From Mobula hypostoma (lineage: Eukaryota), in NCBI RefSeq assembly GCF_963921235.1, contig NC_086108.1, positions 6,882,001-6,946,000 on the forward strand: DNA of 64,000 nt, written 5' to 3'. A program made the translations under genes and the position numbers. Under the pieces are notes generated by a model. It was not told where the DNA came from. It made no database searches and was given only the letters and a program-made list of their open reading frames with translations. Position 1 is the first letter of the stretch; each line of letters opens with the position of its first letter. Below, in pieces: positions 24,002 to 36,103 of this stretch.

Positions 24002-27000
24002 GTAAACGATTGTAGTTGAAAAGTTCCAAGAGAACTTGCTGCAAGGTAGAATAATCTGTTTTAAAAGTGAAACATGTTTGGAAAGGCACATTTTCTTCTG
24101 TTGAATTACTAATCCATTTGAAATTCGCACCCAGACGACAAAGGTTAAAATTATCCATAAGCCTTTACAGACGAGCTGAAAGTGCTGAACAGGCTAATGG
24201 GTTTTTGAAGTAAAACGCTAATCTTTTGTGAAGTGGGGATCTGCTGTCAGCCGCACCGTCTCTAATCAGTGTACTAAAAGTGCTGATTTATTAACTGTTG
24301 CTTTGGAGACCAGATACCATCTTTGAAGTTAAGCTATATATATATTAAAAAATCCCTTTGATTTAAAGGTGATTTGGAGGACAGCTCCCGGCCTGAATAT
24401 TGTTGTTGCTTGATGTCTTCAACTGTCCCAACAGGTTTAGTTTGGTTCAATTAAATGACTATCTGAACCTTGTAGAAAAGCTTTTGCTCAGTTCTGTCTG
24501 GAGGCAGGGACAGAAACAAGCTTTCTGTGGTTTTGTGATGTGGAATTGTCACCACAGCAATGGGAGCAGGTGGTGGGTGGTCGCCTGTGCATATCACAAG
24601 TCCTGGTTATGTGATCACTGACGCCAGGCAGACAGTCTGTGAGGAGTATTGATAAAGGCTGGGGCCACCTGTCTTGTAACGACACTGCCCAGAAGAAGGC
24701 AATGGCAAACCACTTCTGTAGATCTGATGAGCATAGTTTGTCACATATACATGGAAACATACAGTGAAATGTTTCATCTTCCGTCAAGTCAGATCAACAA
24801 GGATTGTGCTGGGAGCAGCCCGCAAGTGTCACCATGTTTCCAGTTGCCCACAACTGACTAACCCTAACTCGTATGTCCTTGGAATGTAGGAGGGAACTGG
24901 AGCACCCAGAGAAAACCATGTGGTCACAGGGAGCAAGTACAAACTCCTTACAGATATCGGCGTGAATCAAAGTCAAACCTCACAGTAAATTTATTATCAA
25001 AGTACATATATGTCAGCATATACAACCCTGAGATTCTTTTCCTTGTGGGCATTCACAGTAAATCTATAAAATTAGTAACTATAACGAGATCAACAAAAGA
25101 CCACCAAAGTGGGGTATTCCACCAGAGTGCAGAAGACAACAGACTGTGCAAGTATCCTGGCCCTGTAAGGCAGAGCGCTGACCCGTGACACTACCGTGCC
25201 ACCCACCCGTTTCAACTACTGCAGACCTGCCAAAGACAGGGACTTGCAGGATCTCGGTTTCCAAGCTGGGATGGTGTGTGACTTGGAGATGATGTTGCTC
25301 CCAAGTCTCCGGTGCCGTCCTCAGTAGGAGAGCTTGTAGGTTTGGGAGGTGCTGCTACAGTGGTAGGCAAATAATAGCAGTTCATTTTGTTGATGCCTCT
25401 GCAGCCTCGCTACCTTGGCAGATTGAAAAAAATCTTCGTCGTCATCATGTTGTGGGCAATCATGGTCTTTCTATGATCATTGTTCTTGGCAAATTTTTCT
25501 GCAGAAGTGGTTTGCCATGGCCTTCTTCTGAGCAGTGTCTTTACAAGGCAGGTGACCCCAGCCATTATCAATACTCCTCAGAGACTGTCTGCCTGGCGAC
25601 AGTGGTCACATAACCAGGACTTGTGATCTGCACCGGCTGCTCATACGACCATCCGCCATCTGCTTCCATGGCTTCACGTGACCCTGATGGGGGAGTGGGT
25701 AGGCGGGCGCTACACCTTGCCCAAGGGTGACCTACAGACTAGCAGAGAGAAGGAGTGCTTTACACCTCCTTTGGTAGAGATGTATCTTCAGAATACTCCT
25801 GAGAGAGTGCCACATTGCCAGCGAGTGACAGTTGGGAAGAAGTATCTCACTGTCAGAAGTTTTCCTGTAGGAGCACAGCAATGCCAGAGAGGCATCTCAC
25901 ATCTGAGAGGTAGTTATGAGGGAGTGCTGCAGCACAGAGAGAGACAGTTCAGATGAAGTATCTAACTGACAAAGGTTCTCCTGAGGGAGTGCCACGTTAC
26001 CAGAGAGAGACAGCTCAGAAGATGCATCTCACCATAAAAGAAAGGATGAATACATAGACTGCTTCTCCCAGGGTATAGGAGTCTATTACTGGAACGTGCA
26101 TATGTAAGAGGTACCCGATGGGCAACTTCTTCATACGGAGGGTCGGGGATGTGTGGAACAAGCTGTGAGAGGAAATGATAGAAGCAGTCCTAAGATTTAA
26201 AACATCCTTGGACAGGTAAATGGATAGGTGAGGTTTAGAGCAGGGGTTCCCAACCTGTGGTCCATGGACCCCTTGCTTAATGGTATTGATCCATGGCATA
26301 AAAAATATTGGGAACCCCTGATTCAGGGATCTGGCCCAAATACAGAAAAATGGACAATGCTTGAGTGTGTCTTGGTGGTGATGGACCCGTCAAAGGGCTA
26401 GCTTTTGTGCTGTCCCTTATCTCCCGACTCCTGCTGAAGAAGGGATAAAGATTAGCTTTATTTGTCAAATGTACATCGAAGCATACACATTGTTTCTGTA
26501 AACAGCCAGCCCACTTGGGGCAGGAACAAGTGTCGCCACACTTCCATCACCGACACAGCATTCCCACACTTCACTAACCCGAATCCATACACCTTTGGAA
26601 TGTGGGAGCATCTGTTCGGACACAGGGAACGTACGGATTCCTTATGGTCAGTGAGGGGAATCGAACCTCGACCTTACAGCTGATACTGGAAGGTGTTTTG
26701 CTCACTGCTTACCTATCCAGTAGAAAAAGGTCACGGAGTAAGTTGAGGGAAGATGTGAAATAGAACCACTTACTGCCCATTATGCTGCTGGTGTTTAGGG
26801 CAACAATGAAGGTTCCCCATCTCTGGCAATAGCATCAGAATCACTGGCATATGTTGTCAACCTTTTTGCTATGTCGCAGCAGGACAGTGCTAACATAGTA
26901 ATAAAAATGTGAGTTAGTATAAGAAATATATATATAAATAAATAATTTGATTAGGACAAAAAGAACAAAAAATAGTGAGGTAGTATACATGGGTTCGTTG

Positions 27001-27114
27001 TCCATTTAGGAATCCGATGGCGGAGGGGAAGAAGCTGTTCCTGAATCATTGAGTGTGTGTCTTCAAGCCCCTGTACCTCCTTCCTGTTGGTAGCAATGAA
27101 AAGAGAGAAGTTAG

Positions 27115-27339
<225 letters not shown>

Positions 27340-28746
27340 TCCAATCACAGTTTCTTTTCTTTCCATAGCCAGCCCACTCTTTTTTTTTAAACTCCCCCAG
27401 AGCATGCGCGCGCACTCTCTCCTCCACCACCTTCACACAGCAGTGCGGTAAAGTGGCGGCTTGGAGTTGACGTATATTCTTACCAAGGAACTCTTTACTG
27501 TACATTCCATAATGTGTCTTATCTTACTACTTTGTTAGTCTTAAATCTATGCAAACTTCCATTTTGCGTTTCTACACTGGGGTGCAGAACAGTGAAGCTT
27601 TTTATTTTCTCTGAACATTCTGCACGGTTGCACCATTCAGAGCACGTCAGCTATTAATCATAAGTGCCACATATGAATCTGTCTCATGAGAATTTGGCGG
27701 TTTTGATGTTAAATTCTAAAAATTCCATAGGAAACTGGCTCCTTTGTATTTTTTCCAACACATACTCGATACTGTAAAACTAAATATTTTTGTATTTTGA
27801 ATATTTAGTACTCCTGTTTTCACTTCCCACTTCCCTCCCTCCCTCCCCCACCCCCAGCACTCCAAATCAAGGTGTGATTGAAGAGGTATTTAATCAATAC
27901 TCTTCGACAACCAATATCTAGAATAACCCGCACCATTTATTGACGAGCACAATGCAATTTTTTTAAATCAGTTAAGGTATTTAGTTCTACAGTGCAGTAT
28001 ATGCTTTAAAGGAGGTTTGGGGGGGTTGCCTGGCGACGTTTTTACTGAAAAATCAAGACTGATCTGATTTTTCTTTTGCGATTTCTCCGTCATTCAGTGT
28101 TCCAGCATCGCCCACACTGCCCTTGAGTCTAGGCTTCAAGAGTATTTGGACATGTGCTGAAAATGTGGCCTTTTTCTAGGGGGGGTGGAATAAATTTGCT
28201 GATGGTAGATATTAAACAGGTAATATGGCCATTTTTGTGATGGCTTCCTAACTAAACCACGGGACGGGAGAGGTCTAGCGGAGCCCTACGTTCCAGTATA
28301 ATTGCTCACTATTTATTGTGATTAGCTTATTAAGATATTAAAATAACGTTGGGTTTCACTTACCGTTCTACAGTGAGCTTAGAAAGAGCAGCAGAGGCAC
28401 TGTGGAAGTAGAACAGATTGATGTAGGAGTTGGAGTGCTCTGCTACCACGTTATATTTCCACGGTAGAGTGAGTAAGGCAGTAAATGATGATATTGTAGT
28501 ACCCTCCTCCTGTACCCAGTGAAATCCCTGCATCATGTTAAGCTGAAGTCTGAATCATTATTATGAATTGATTATAAAATAAAAGGGATATAAAATTGCT
28601 AGAATTCTGACCAAATCTGCTTAATCCTGAATCAAGAAATTGCAATTATTGTCAATGAATAGAGTCAGCCATGCAGATTGCACGGCCAGGAATGAATTTG
28701 GATGGAAATTTGAGATATGCCTACCAGAAGCACATCACAAAAGAGT

Positions 28747-28953
28747 CAGTTGTTGATTGACAGGGGGTGGGGGAGGGAGGTTTAAGTGCTGTGATTTAGT
28801 GTGGAGGTGAGCTGGGACTGTCTCAGTTGTGTCCTGACATTTTCAGTGCAGTTGTTGATTGATGGGTTGGGGGGGGTGGTTAAGTGCTGTGATTTAGTGT
28901 GGAGATGAGCTGGGACTGTCTCAGTTGTGTCCTGACATTTTCAGTGCAGTTGT
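28747..28953. repeat. ~100-bp tandem duplication within the 3'UTR
   Basis: cagttgttgattga...ttaagtgctgtgatttagtgtggag.tgagctgggactgtctcagttgtgtcctgacattttcagtg present twice (starts 28747, 28849). Confidence 0.9.
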
Positions 28954-29698
28954 GGAGGAAGCCCCATGCTGGAAGCTAAAAGTGCAACCCTGACTGGCTG
29001 TGGTGATCTGTAACTTGACCCCCAAAATGAATTAAAGTTGTGCACCAGGAGAGAATGTTTCCCCCACCAAGAGGCAAACTAGGTTATTATTTTTGAGGTA
29101 GGAAAAATATTTATCTCTCCATATTTAATCTTCGTGTATATACTGCAGTGATCTATAATTTGAATGACTGCCTTTTTAAATATTAAAAAAATACAAAGCT
29201 GGGCTTTTTCTGTGAAGGTACTGTTTTTTTTTGCAGGAAGAAGTCCTGGGAGAGGGTGGGGAGAGGCGGGGAAATGGGGGTGGGGGGCGGGGGCTTTTGT
29301 GGGTTTTATTTTTAATAGTTTTGATTCTCCTTGCTCCTGGGACCGAGACGTTGAATTATTGTCGCTGTGATATATAGGCTGGCCTTGACGGAGTGTATCT
29401 GCAGGTTTTGGTGGTAATGGAGGGGCTTCTGCTGTTTAGATTAATATGGGGATTTGCTATACAATATATATATCATCTGAAACTGTCATGGACTGTAATT
29501 ACTGCTTAATTTTTAAAGAGGGAACATTCTCTGAAGAAAACATTTCAATGGACAAATGGAATTTTCTGGAATATTAGAGGTTTTGTCAATATTTCATACC
29601 CCTCTAGCCAGCTTGCCTTGGTAAGCAAGGGCTGCCTTTCTATATTTGATCTAAAGGTGTTTTCAGTGGGTTTCTGCTACCTTAGCCCTAGTAGATGA

Positions 29699-29704
29699 AA
29701 TAAA
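29699..29704 (+). terminator. Candidate distal polyadenylation signal AATAAA
   Basis: Last AATAAA before TE sequence; followed by T-rich downstream sequence. Confidence 0.5.
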
Positions 29705-30577
29705 TCTTCACTATTTTTGAGAATAAGCTCCCAGACTCGTTATTTTGGACTTTTTGAAAGTGCATTCACTTTTCTTTCTCGTGATACAGAGCCTGTTCAA
29801 GTTCAGTATCACTAGTATTCATCGTGAAATCTGTTAAATTTGCGGCAGCAGTACAATGCAATACATATAGAAAAAAATAGAAAAATCTCAATTACAGTTT
29901 TTAAAAAATGTATATAGTGGTTAAATTAAAATATGTAGTGCAAAAATAGAAATTTAAAAAGTGATGAGTTGGTGTTCATGGGTTCAAAGTCCATTCAGAA
30001 ATCAGATGGCAGAGGGGAAGAAGCTGTTCCTGAATCGCTGAGTGTGTGTCTTCAGGCTCCTGTTCCTCCTCGCGGATGGTAACAATGAGAAGAGGGCATG
30101 TCCTGGGTAATGTGTGTCCTTAATGATAGACACCGCCTTTTTGAGGCATTGCTCCTTGAAGATGTCCTGGATACCACGGAGACTAGTGCCCATGATGGAA
30201 CTGACTGAGTTTACAACTCTCTGCAGCTTACTTTGATCCTGTGCAGTAGCCACTTCCCCACCTCATCCCAGACAGCTTGTTAGAATGCTCTCTACGTTTA
30301 TTGTTATTCAACTGCAAAAACGTATACTGCCAAGCAATCTTCCAGACCAACGTGCACAGCACAGTACATATAATTCACAAACACACAAAATAATATTACT
30401 ACAGTTAAATTAACAAATCATAAAATATATTCAAGAAGATTGATATTTAGCATAAGGTGCATTTACAACACAAGTCAACAATTTCATGCTACTGGCCAAG
30501 AAATGTGACTTGGGTGGCGATAGGAAGTGTGGTAGCCTCATGGCTTGGGGGATGAAGCTGTTTCCCACCCTAACAGT

Positions 30578-30661
30578 CAGGAGTTCCCAAACTTTTTTTT
30601 AATGCCATGGACCAATACCATTAAGCAAGGGACCTGTGGACCCCCAGATTGGGAAACCCTG
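30578..30661. mobile_element. 84-bp hAT (Charlie-like) MITE
   Basis: TIRs caggagttcccaa/ttgggaaaccctg; perfect 8-bp TSD CTAACAGT (30570-30577, 30662-30669); copies at 26241-26320 and 20064-20131. Confidence 0.85.
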
Positions 30662-30942
30662 CTAACAGTCCTTGTCCTAATACAGTGGACCTCTTTGCTT
30701 GACAGTAAGGGGTCAAGGAGATTGTTGAACGGATAGGGGGGGATTCTTGGCCCTGTGTACGCAGCACTCCTGATGGGTGGGAAAGAGACCCTGATAATCC
30801 TCTTGCAGTCCTTGCAATCGTTTTTAGGGTCTTGTGGTCAGATACCTTGCAAATCCCGTACAGATGGTGATGGTAACATTCCAGGACATCATGGTATAGT
30901 TCAGCTGGAGTTCTGGTGAGACGACACTTCACCTCGGTGCTC

Positions 30943-33345
30943 CTTGCCTTCTTTACCACAGACTCAACCTGTAAATTAACCACCTGGGAGTCTTGCACAA
31001 GGGCTCCCAACTCCTTCTGCACCTCTGATGTTTGGACCTTCTCTCCATTTAGATAATAGTCTGCACTATTGTTCCTTCTACCAAATTACATTATCGTACA
31101 TTTCCCAACACTGTATTCCATCTGCCACTTTTTTGCCCATTCTTCCAATTTGTCCAGGTCCAGCTGCAACCGCATTACTTCCTCAGCACTACCTGCCCCT
31201 CCACCTATCTTCATATCATCCGCTAATTTTGCCACAAATACATCATTTCAGTTATCCAAATCATTGACATACAATGTGAAAAGTAGCGGTCCCAATACTG
31301 ACCCCTGAGGAACACCACTCATCACTGGTAGTCAACCAGAAAAGGGCCCTTTTATTCCTGCTTGCCGCCTCCTGCCTGTCAGGCATTCCTCTGTTCATGG
31401 TAGTATCTTTCCTGTAATGCCACAGGATTTTAACTTGCTAAGCAGCTTCATGTGTGGCAACTTATCAAATATCTTCTGAAAATCCAAGTAAGTGACATTC
31501 ATTACCTCTTCTTTGTCCACCCTGCTTGTTACTTCCTTGAAGAACTCTTAACAGATTTGTCAGGCAAGATCTCCCTTGACAGAAACCATGCTAACTTTTG
31601 AGTTATTTTATCATCGCTCACAGACCTTTGGCACACTGCACGCATCTTCCACAGTGAAGACTGATGCAAAGTACTTATTCAGTTCATCTGCCATTTCTTT
31701 GTCCCCCATTACTAGCTCACCAGCATCATTTTCCAGTGGTCCAAAATCAATTCTGACCTCCCTTTTAATCTTTATATAACTGAAAAGACTTTTGGTATTC
31801 TGCTTTATATTATTAGCTAGTTTGCCCTCATATTTCATCTTTTCCCTTTTTATGGCTTTTTTCAGATGCCTTTTGTTGGATTTTAAAAGCTTCCCAATCA
31901 TCCAACTTTCCACTCACTTTTGCTACCTTGTATGCATTTCCTTGGCTTTTATCCAGTCCCTAACTTCCCTTGTCAGCCATTTAAGAACAACTTCTGTGGG
32001 ACATATCTATCTTGCACCTTGTGAACTATTCCCAGAAACTTCAGCCATCTCTGCCCTGTTGTCATCCCCACCAGTATCCTCCACCAATCCACTTGTGTAA
32101 GCTCCTCTCTCATGCCTTTGTAATTCCCTTTATTCCATGCAATACTGATACATGTGACTTATGCTTCTCCCTCTCAACTTGCAGTATGAATTCAATCATA
32201 TTATGATCACTGTCTCCTAAAGGTTCCTTTACATTAAGCTCTCTAATAAGATCTGGGTTATTACACAACTCCCAATCTAAGATGGCCTTTCCCTTAGTTG
32301 GCTCAAGCACAAGCTGCTCTAAAAAGCCATCTTATAAGCATTCTACAAATTCTCTCTATTGCAATCCAACATCAACCTGATTTTCCCAATCCCCGTGCAT
32401 ATTGAAGTTCCCCATTACTATTGTGACATTACCCTTATTACAAGCCTTTTCCAGCTCCCATTGCAATCTCAACCCTGCATCTTGGCTACTATTTGGAGGC
32501 CTATATATGATTCCCACAATGTTTTTTTTATCCTTGCACACCCACTAGGATCCAAAATTCTCTGACCCTATGTCACCTTTTTCTAAAGATGTAATTCCAT
32601 CTCTTACCAACAGAGACACACCACTGCCTATGCCCTCCTGCCTGTCCTTTCAATACAAAGTAGATCCCAACTATGGCCTTCTTTCAACCGTGACTCAGTG
32701 ATGCCCACAACATCATACTGACCAATCTCTAATTGTGCCATGAGTTTGTCCACCTTATTCTGAGTGCCACGCACATTTAAATAGAACACGTTCAGTCCTG
32801 CATTCTTCACCCTTTTAAATTTTGCCTCTGTGGTACAATGTAACTCTTTGCTTTGTCTGCATTTGTCCCCAATCATTGGCTTGTCCTTCCTTACATTCAT
32901 GTTAAATCCATCATCTACTTGTAAACCTGCTGGCTCATTCTGGTTCCCATCCCCCTGCCATATTAGTTTAAACCACTCCCAACAGCTCTAGTATTGCCTG
33001 CAATAATATTGGTCTCTCTCGGATTCAAGTGCAACCCATCCCTTTTGTACACGACACACCTGACGCAGAAGAGGTCCTAATGATCGAAAAATCTGAATCC
33101 CTGCCCCCTGCTCGAATTCTTCAGAGATGCATTTATTTGCCACCGCATTCTATTCCTATCCACACTGTCGTGTGGCACAGGCAGCAATCCTAAGCTCATT
33201 ACCCTTGGGGTCCTGCTTCTCAGCTTCCTTCCCAACTCCCTGTATTCTGTTTTCAGGAACTCTTCCCCTTTTTAGGATATTGAGACGGGCCCTTCAGGAC
33301 TCTAGTCCTTGCCCACCACCGTGTCCCATCTAAACTAGCCACATT
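30943..33345 (-). mobile_element. Older, internally deleted CR1 LINE (RT, EN and ORF1 remnants)
   Basis: Minus-strand peptides IYRPPNS, LGDSDHNMIEF, ELNKYFASVFT; many stops and frameshifts. Confidence 0.85.
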
Positions 33346-33751
33346 CTCCTGTGTTTGTCCCATTATTGCTCTACACGTTTCAAAGAACATTGCAGCACAG
33401 GCCCTTTGGCCCATGACGTTAGGCAATATGATATAGAATTCAACCATTTGGCCCATCGAATCTGCTCCACCATTCCACAATGGCTGATCCATTTTCCCTC
33501 TCAGACCCAATCTCCTGCCTTCTCCCTGTATCCCTCCCTGCCCTAACTAATCAAGAATCTATCAATCTCTGCTTAAATGTACCCAATAACCTGGCCACCT
33601 GTGGCAATGAATTCCACAGATTCACCACTCTCTGACAAAAGAAGTTCCTCATCTGTGTTCTAAGTGAACGTCCCTCTATTCTGATGCTGTGCCTTCTGGT
33701 CTTGGACTCTCCAACCATAGGAATTCACTCTGTATCAAGGCCTTTCACCAT

Positions 33752-33971
33752 CCCTCCCCTTCCTGTTTTCTCCTATCATTTTGGATCTCCCCCTCCCCCT
33801 CCAACTTCAAAATCCCTTACTCACTCTTCCTTCAGTTAGTCCTGACGAAGGGTCTCGGCCTGAAACGTCGACTGCACCTCTTCCGAGAGATGCTGCCTGG
33901 CCTGCTGCGTTCACCAGCAACTTCTATGTGTGTTGCTTGAATTTCCAGCATCTGCAGAATTCCTGTTGTTT
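33752..33971 (+). mobile_element. Penelope pseudo-LTR fragment inserted into a CR1 remnant
   Basis: Homologous to the 3' end of the 44697-46557 element; TSD GCCTTTCA(C/A)CAT at 33740-33751 and 33972-33983. Confidence 0.85.
33837..33874 (+). ncRNA. Minimal type I hammerhead ribozyme (Penelope-associated, dimer-dependent type)
   Basis: UAGUC-CUGACGA-A-GGGU(CUCG)GCCU-GAAA-CGUC^GACUG: intact CUGAnGA and GAAA core, stem I UAGUC/GACUG, palindromic ACGU stem III, GUC triplet (cut after 33869). Confidence 0.8.
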
Positions 33972-34089
33972 GCCTTTCAACATTTGATAGGTTTCAATGA
34001 GACTCCTCCACCCCCAGTTTTTGTGAATTCCAGTGAGTACAGGCCCAGAGCCATCAAACGTTCCTCATACGACAATCTTTTCAATCCTG

Positions 34090-34177
34090 GAATCAGAATC
34101 TGGTTTATTATCAGCGGCATGTGTTGTGAAATTTGACTTGGCAGCAGTGATAAAATAGAAAGAATAGATTACTGTAA

Positions 34178-34223
<46 letters not shown>

Positions 34224-35205
34224 TAGGTTAAAAGAGTGCCAAAAATATAAATACTTTTAAAAAGTGATGTATTATTTATGGGTTCAATATCCATTTAGGA
34301 ATTGGATGGCAGAGGGGAAGAAACTGTCCCTGAATCGCTGAGTGTGTGCCTTAACACCTCCCTGATGGTAGCAGTGGGAAGAGGGCATTCTCTGTCTGAT
34401 GGGGAATCCTTAATAATGGACATCACCTTTCTGAGGCACCGCGGCTTGAAGATGTCTTGGGTACTATGAAGGCTAGTACCCAAGATGGAGCTGACTAATG
34501 TTATGACTTCCTGTAGCTTCTTTCGGTCCTGTGCAGTAGGTGCCTCCCCCCAACCCCCTATACGAGACAGTGATGCAGCCTGTCAGAATGCTCTCCATGG
34601 TACATGCACAGAAGTTTGACTATTTTAGTTGACAAACCAAATCTCTTCAAATGCCTAATGAAATATAGACACTGCCTTGCCTTCTTTATAGCTACGTCAA
34701 TATGTTAGGATCAAGTTAGATCCTCAGAGAGTGAGCAATTTCACATTCCTGGGTGTCAAGATCTCTATTTCTGATTCCTCTATGAAGATTGCTTTGTGTT
34801 CCCTCATCTTATCTTTTCTGAAGTCCACAATCAATTCTTTCGTCTTACTGTCATTGAGTGTAAAGTTGATGCTGGAACATCACTCAACTAGTTGACATAC
34901 CTCACTCCTGTACGCCCTCTGATCTCCATCTGAGATTCTACCAACAATGGTTGTATCATCAGCAAATTTATAGACAGTATTTGAGCTATGCCTAGCCACA
35001 CAGTCATGGGTATAGAGAGAGTAGAGCAGTGGGCTAAGCACACACCCCTGAGGTGCACCAGTGTTGATATTCAGGGGAGAAGATATTATCACCAGTCTGC
35101 ACTGATTGTGGTCTCCTGGTTAGGAAGTCAAGAATCCAGTTGCAGAAGGAGGTACAGAGGCCCAGGTTCTGTAACTTATCGATCAGGATTGTGGGAATGA
35201 TGCTG
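34090..35205 (-). mobile_element. Rex1/Babar-type LINE 3' portion
   Basis: [21 protein letters not shown]...KFADDTTIVG peptide (ORF 34880-35092); (tctgat)-type tail. Confidence 0.88.
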
Positions 35206-35527
35206 TCCAGACGGTGTGAAGAGCTTTCTCGTGAACCTTTGAACCCTCTCCAATGTCAGCACATTCCTTCTTAGATGTTGTGCCGTCTTTGTAACCTACG
35301 CTGAGATCAATGTAACAGTTCCCTCCCACATTGCCCTCCATTTTCCTATAATTCAAAGTTCAATGTACAGGTAAATTTATTTTCAAAGCACACATACACT
35401 ACCCTGAGATACATTTTCTTGCAGGTGTTCACATAAATATAAAGAAAGACGATAGAATCAATGAAAAACTACTCACAAACCAATTTGATAGTAGTGTTGG
35501 ATATTCATTTTGAAAAAACCAAGACAC

Positions 35528-35944
35528 CTCCAAGAGGACCACAAATTTGTCATAGGGTTTAAAGGCTTGTGTGCCTCAATTACTCGAAGAGCTATGTTGG
35601 CTGGAGTCAGGGCTTTGTGCTTTGGCTCTTGTAGGATCACCCAAGCAAAACAGGTCAAAGACTAGAGGCCAGACTAAGAGTAGTCGAGCAGTCCTCCAGG
35701 TTCAGGGGTTCAACTCAGAGCTAACAACCCTGACTGGTCAAACAAAATTGTTATGGAAACAGCAATGAAGAATCCTACGCCTGGGTGGGATGGTATTCCT
35801 GAGTCTCCACCCAGGAATTGCATAGCTGACGAGTGAAAACTGGGAGGAAGCTGCTGACGTGATGAAGGAAGTGCTGAACACCAGCAGTGAAGAAGGACCA
35901 TCATTGCTGCTCTAAATGCCAGCAGTGTAACAGGCAGTAAGTAA
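35528..35944 (+). mobile_element. Non-autonomous RTE-derived element family 2 (~420 bp; RTE 5'UTR fused to a TAAG-tailed 3' end)
   Basis: Copies at ~1568-1803(-), 26768-26828(-), 51935-53201(-, split by CR1); RTE-type cctccaggtt...gctaacaaccc motif; ends ggcagtaagtaa. Confidence 0.7.
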
Positions 35945-36103
35945 ACCAAGACAAACAACCAGTGTACAAAAAAAATGACACTGCAAATATAAAAAGTAAA
36001 ACAAAATGACAATAATAATTAAAAAATGATTTTGAGAAAGTGAGTTCATAGATTGTGAGGTGAGTTTAGTGTTGGTGTGACTGAAACCTATCTAAAAGTT
36101 TCT

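Larger units (their letters stand above)
27340..29725 (+). other. ACTN4: Probable ACTN4 3'UTR (~2.4 kb, largely TE-free)
   Basis: Unique U-rich sequence after the stop; AATAAA at 28189, 28578 and 29699; TE-derived sequence resumes at ~29795. The end point is inferred. Confidence 0.6.
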
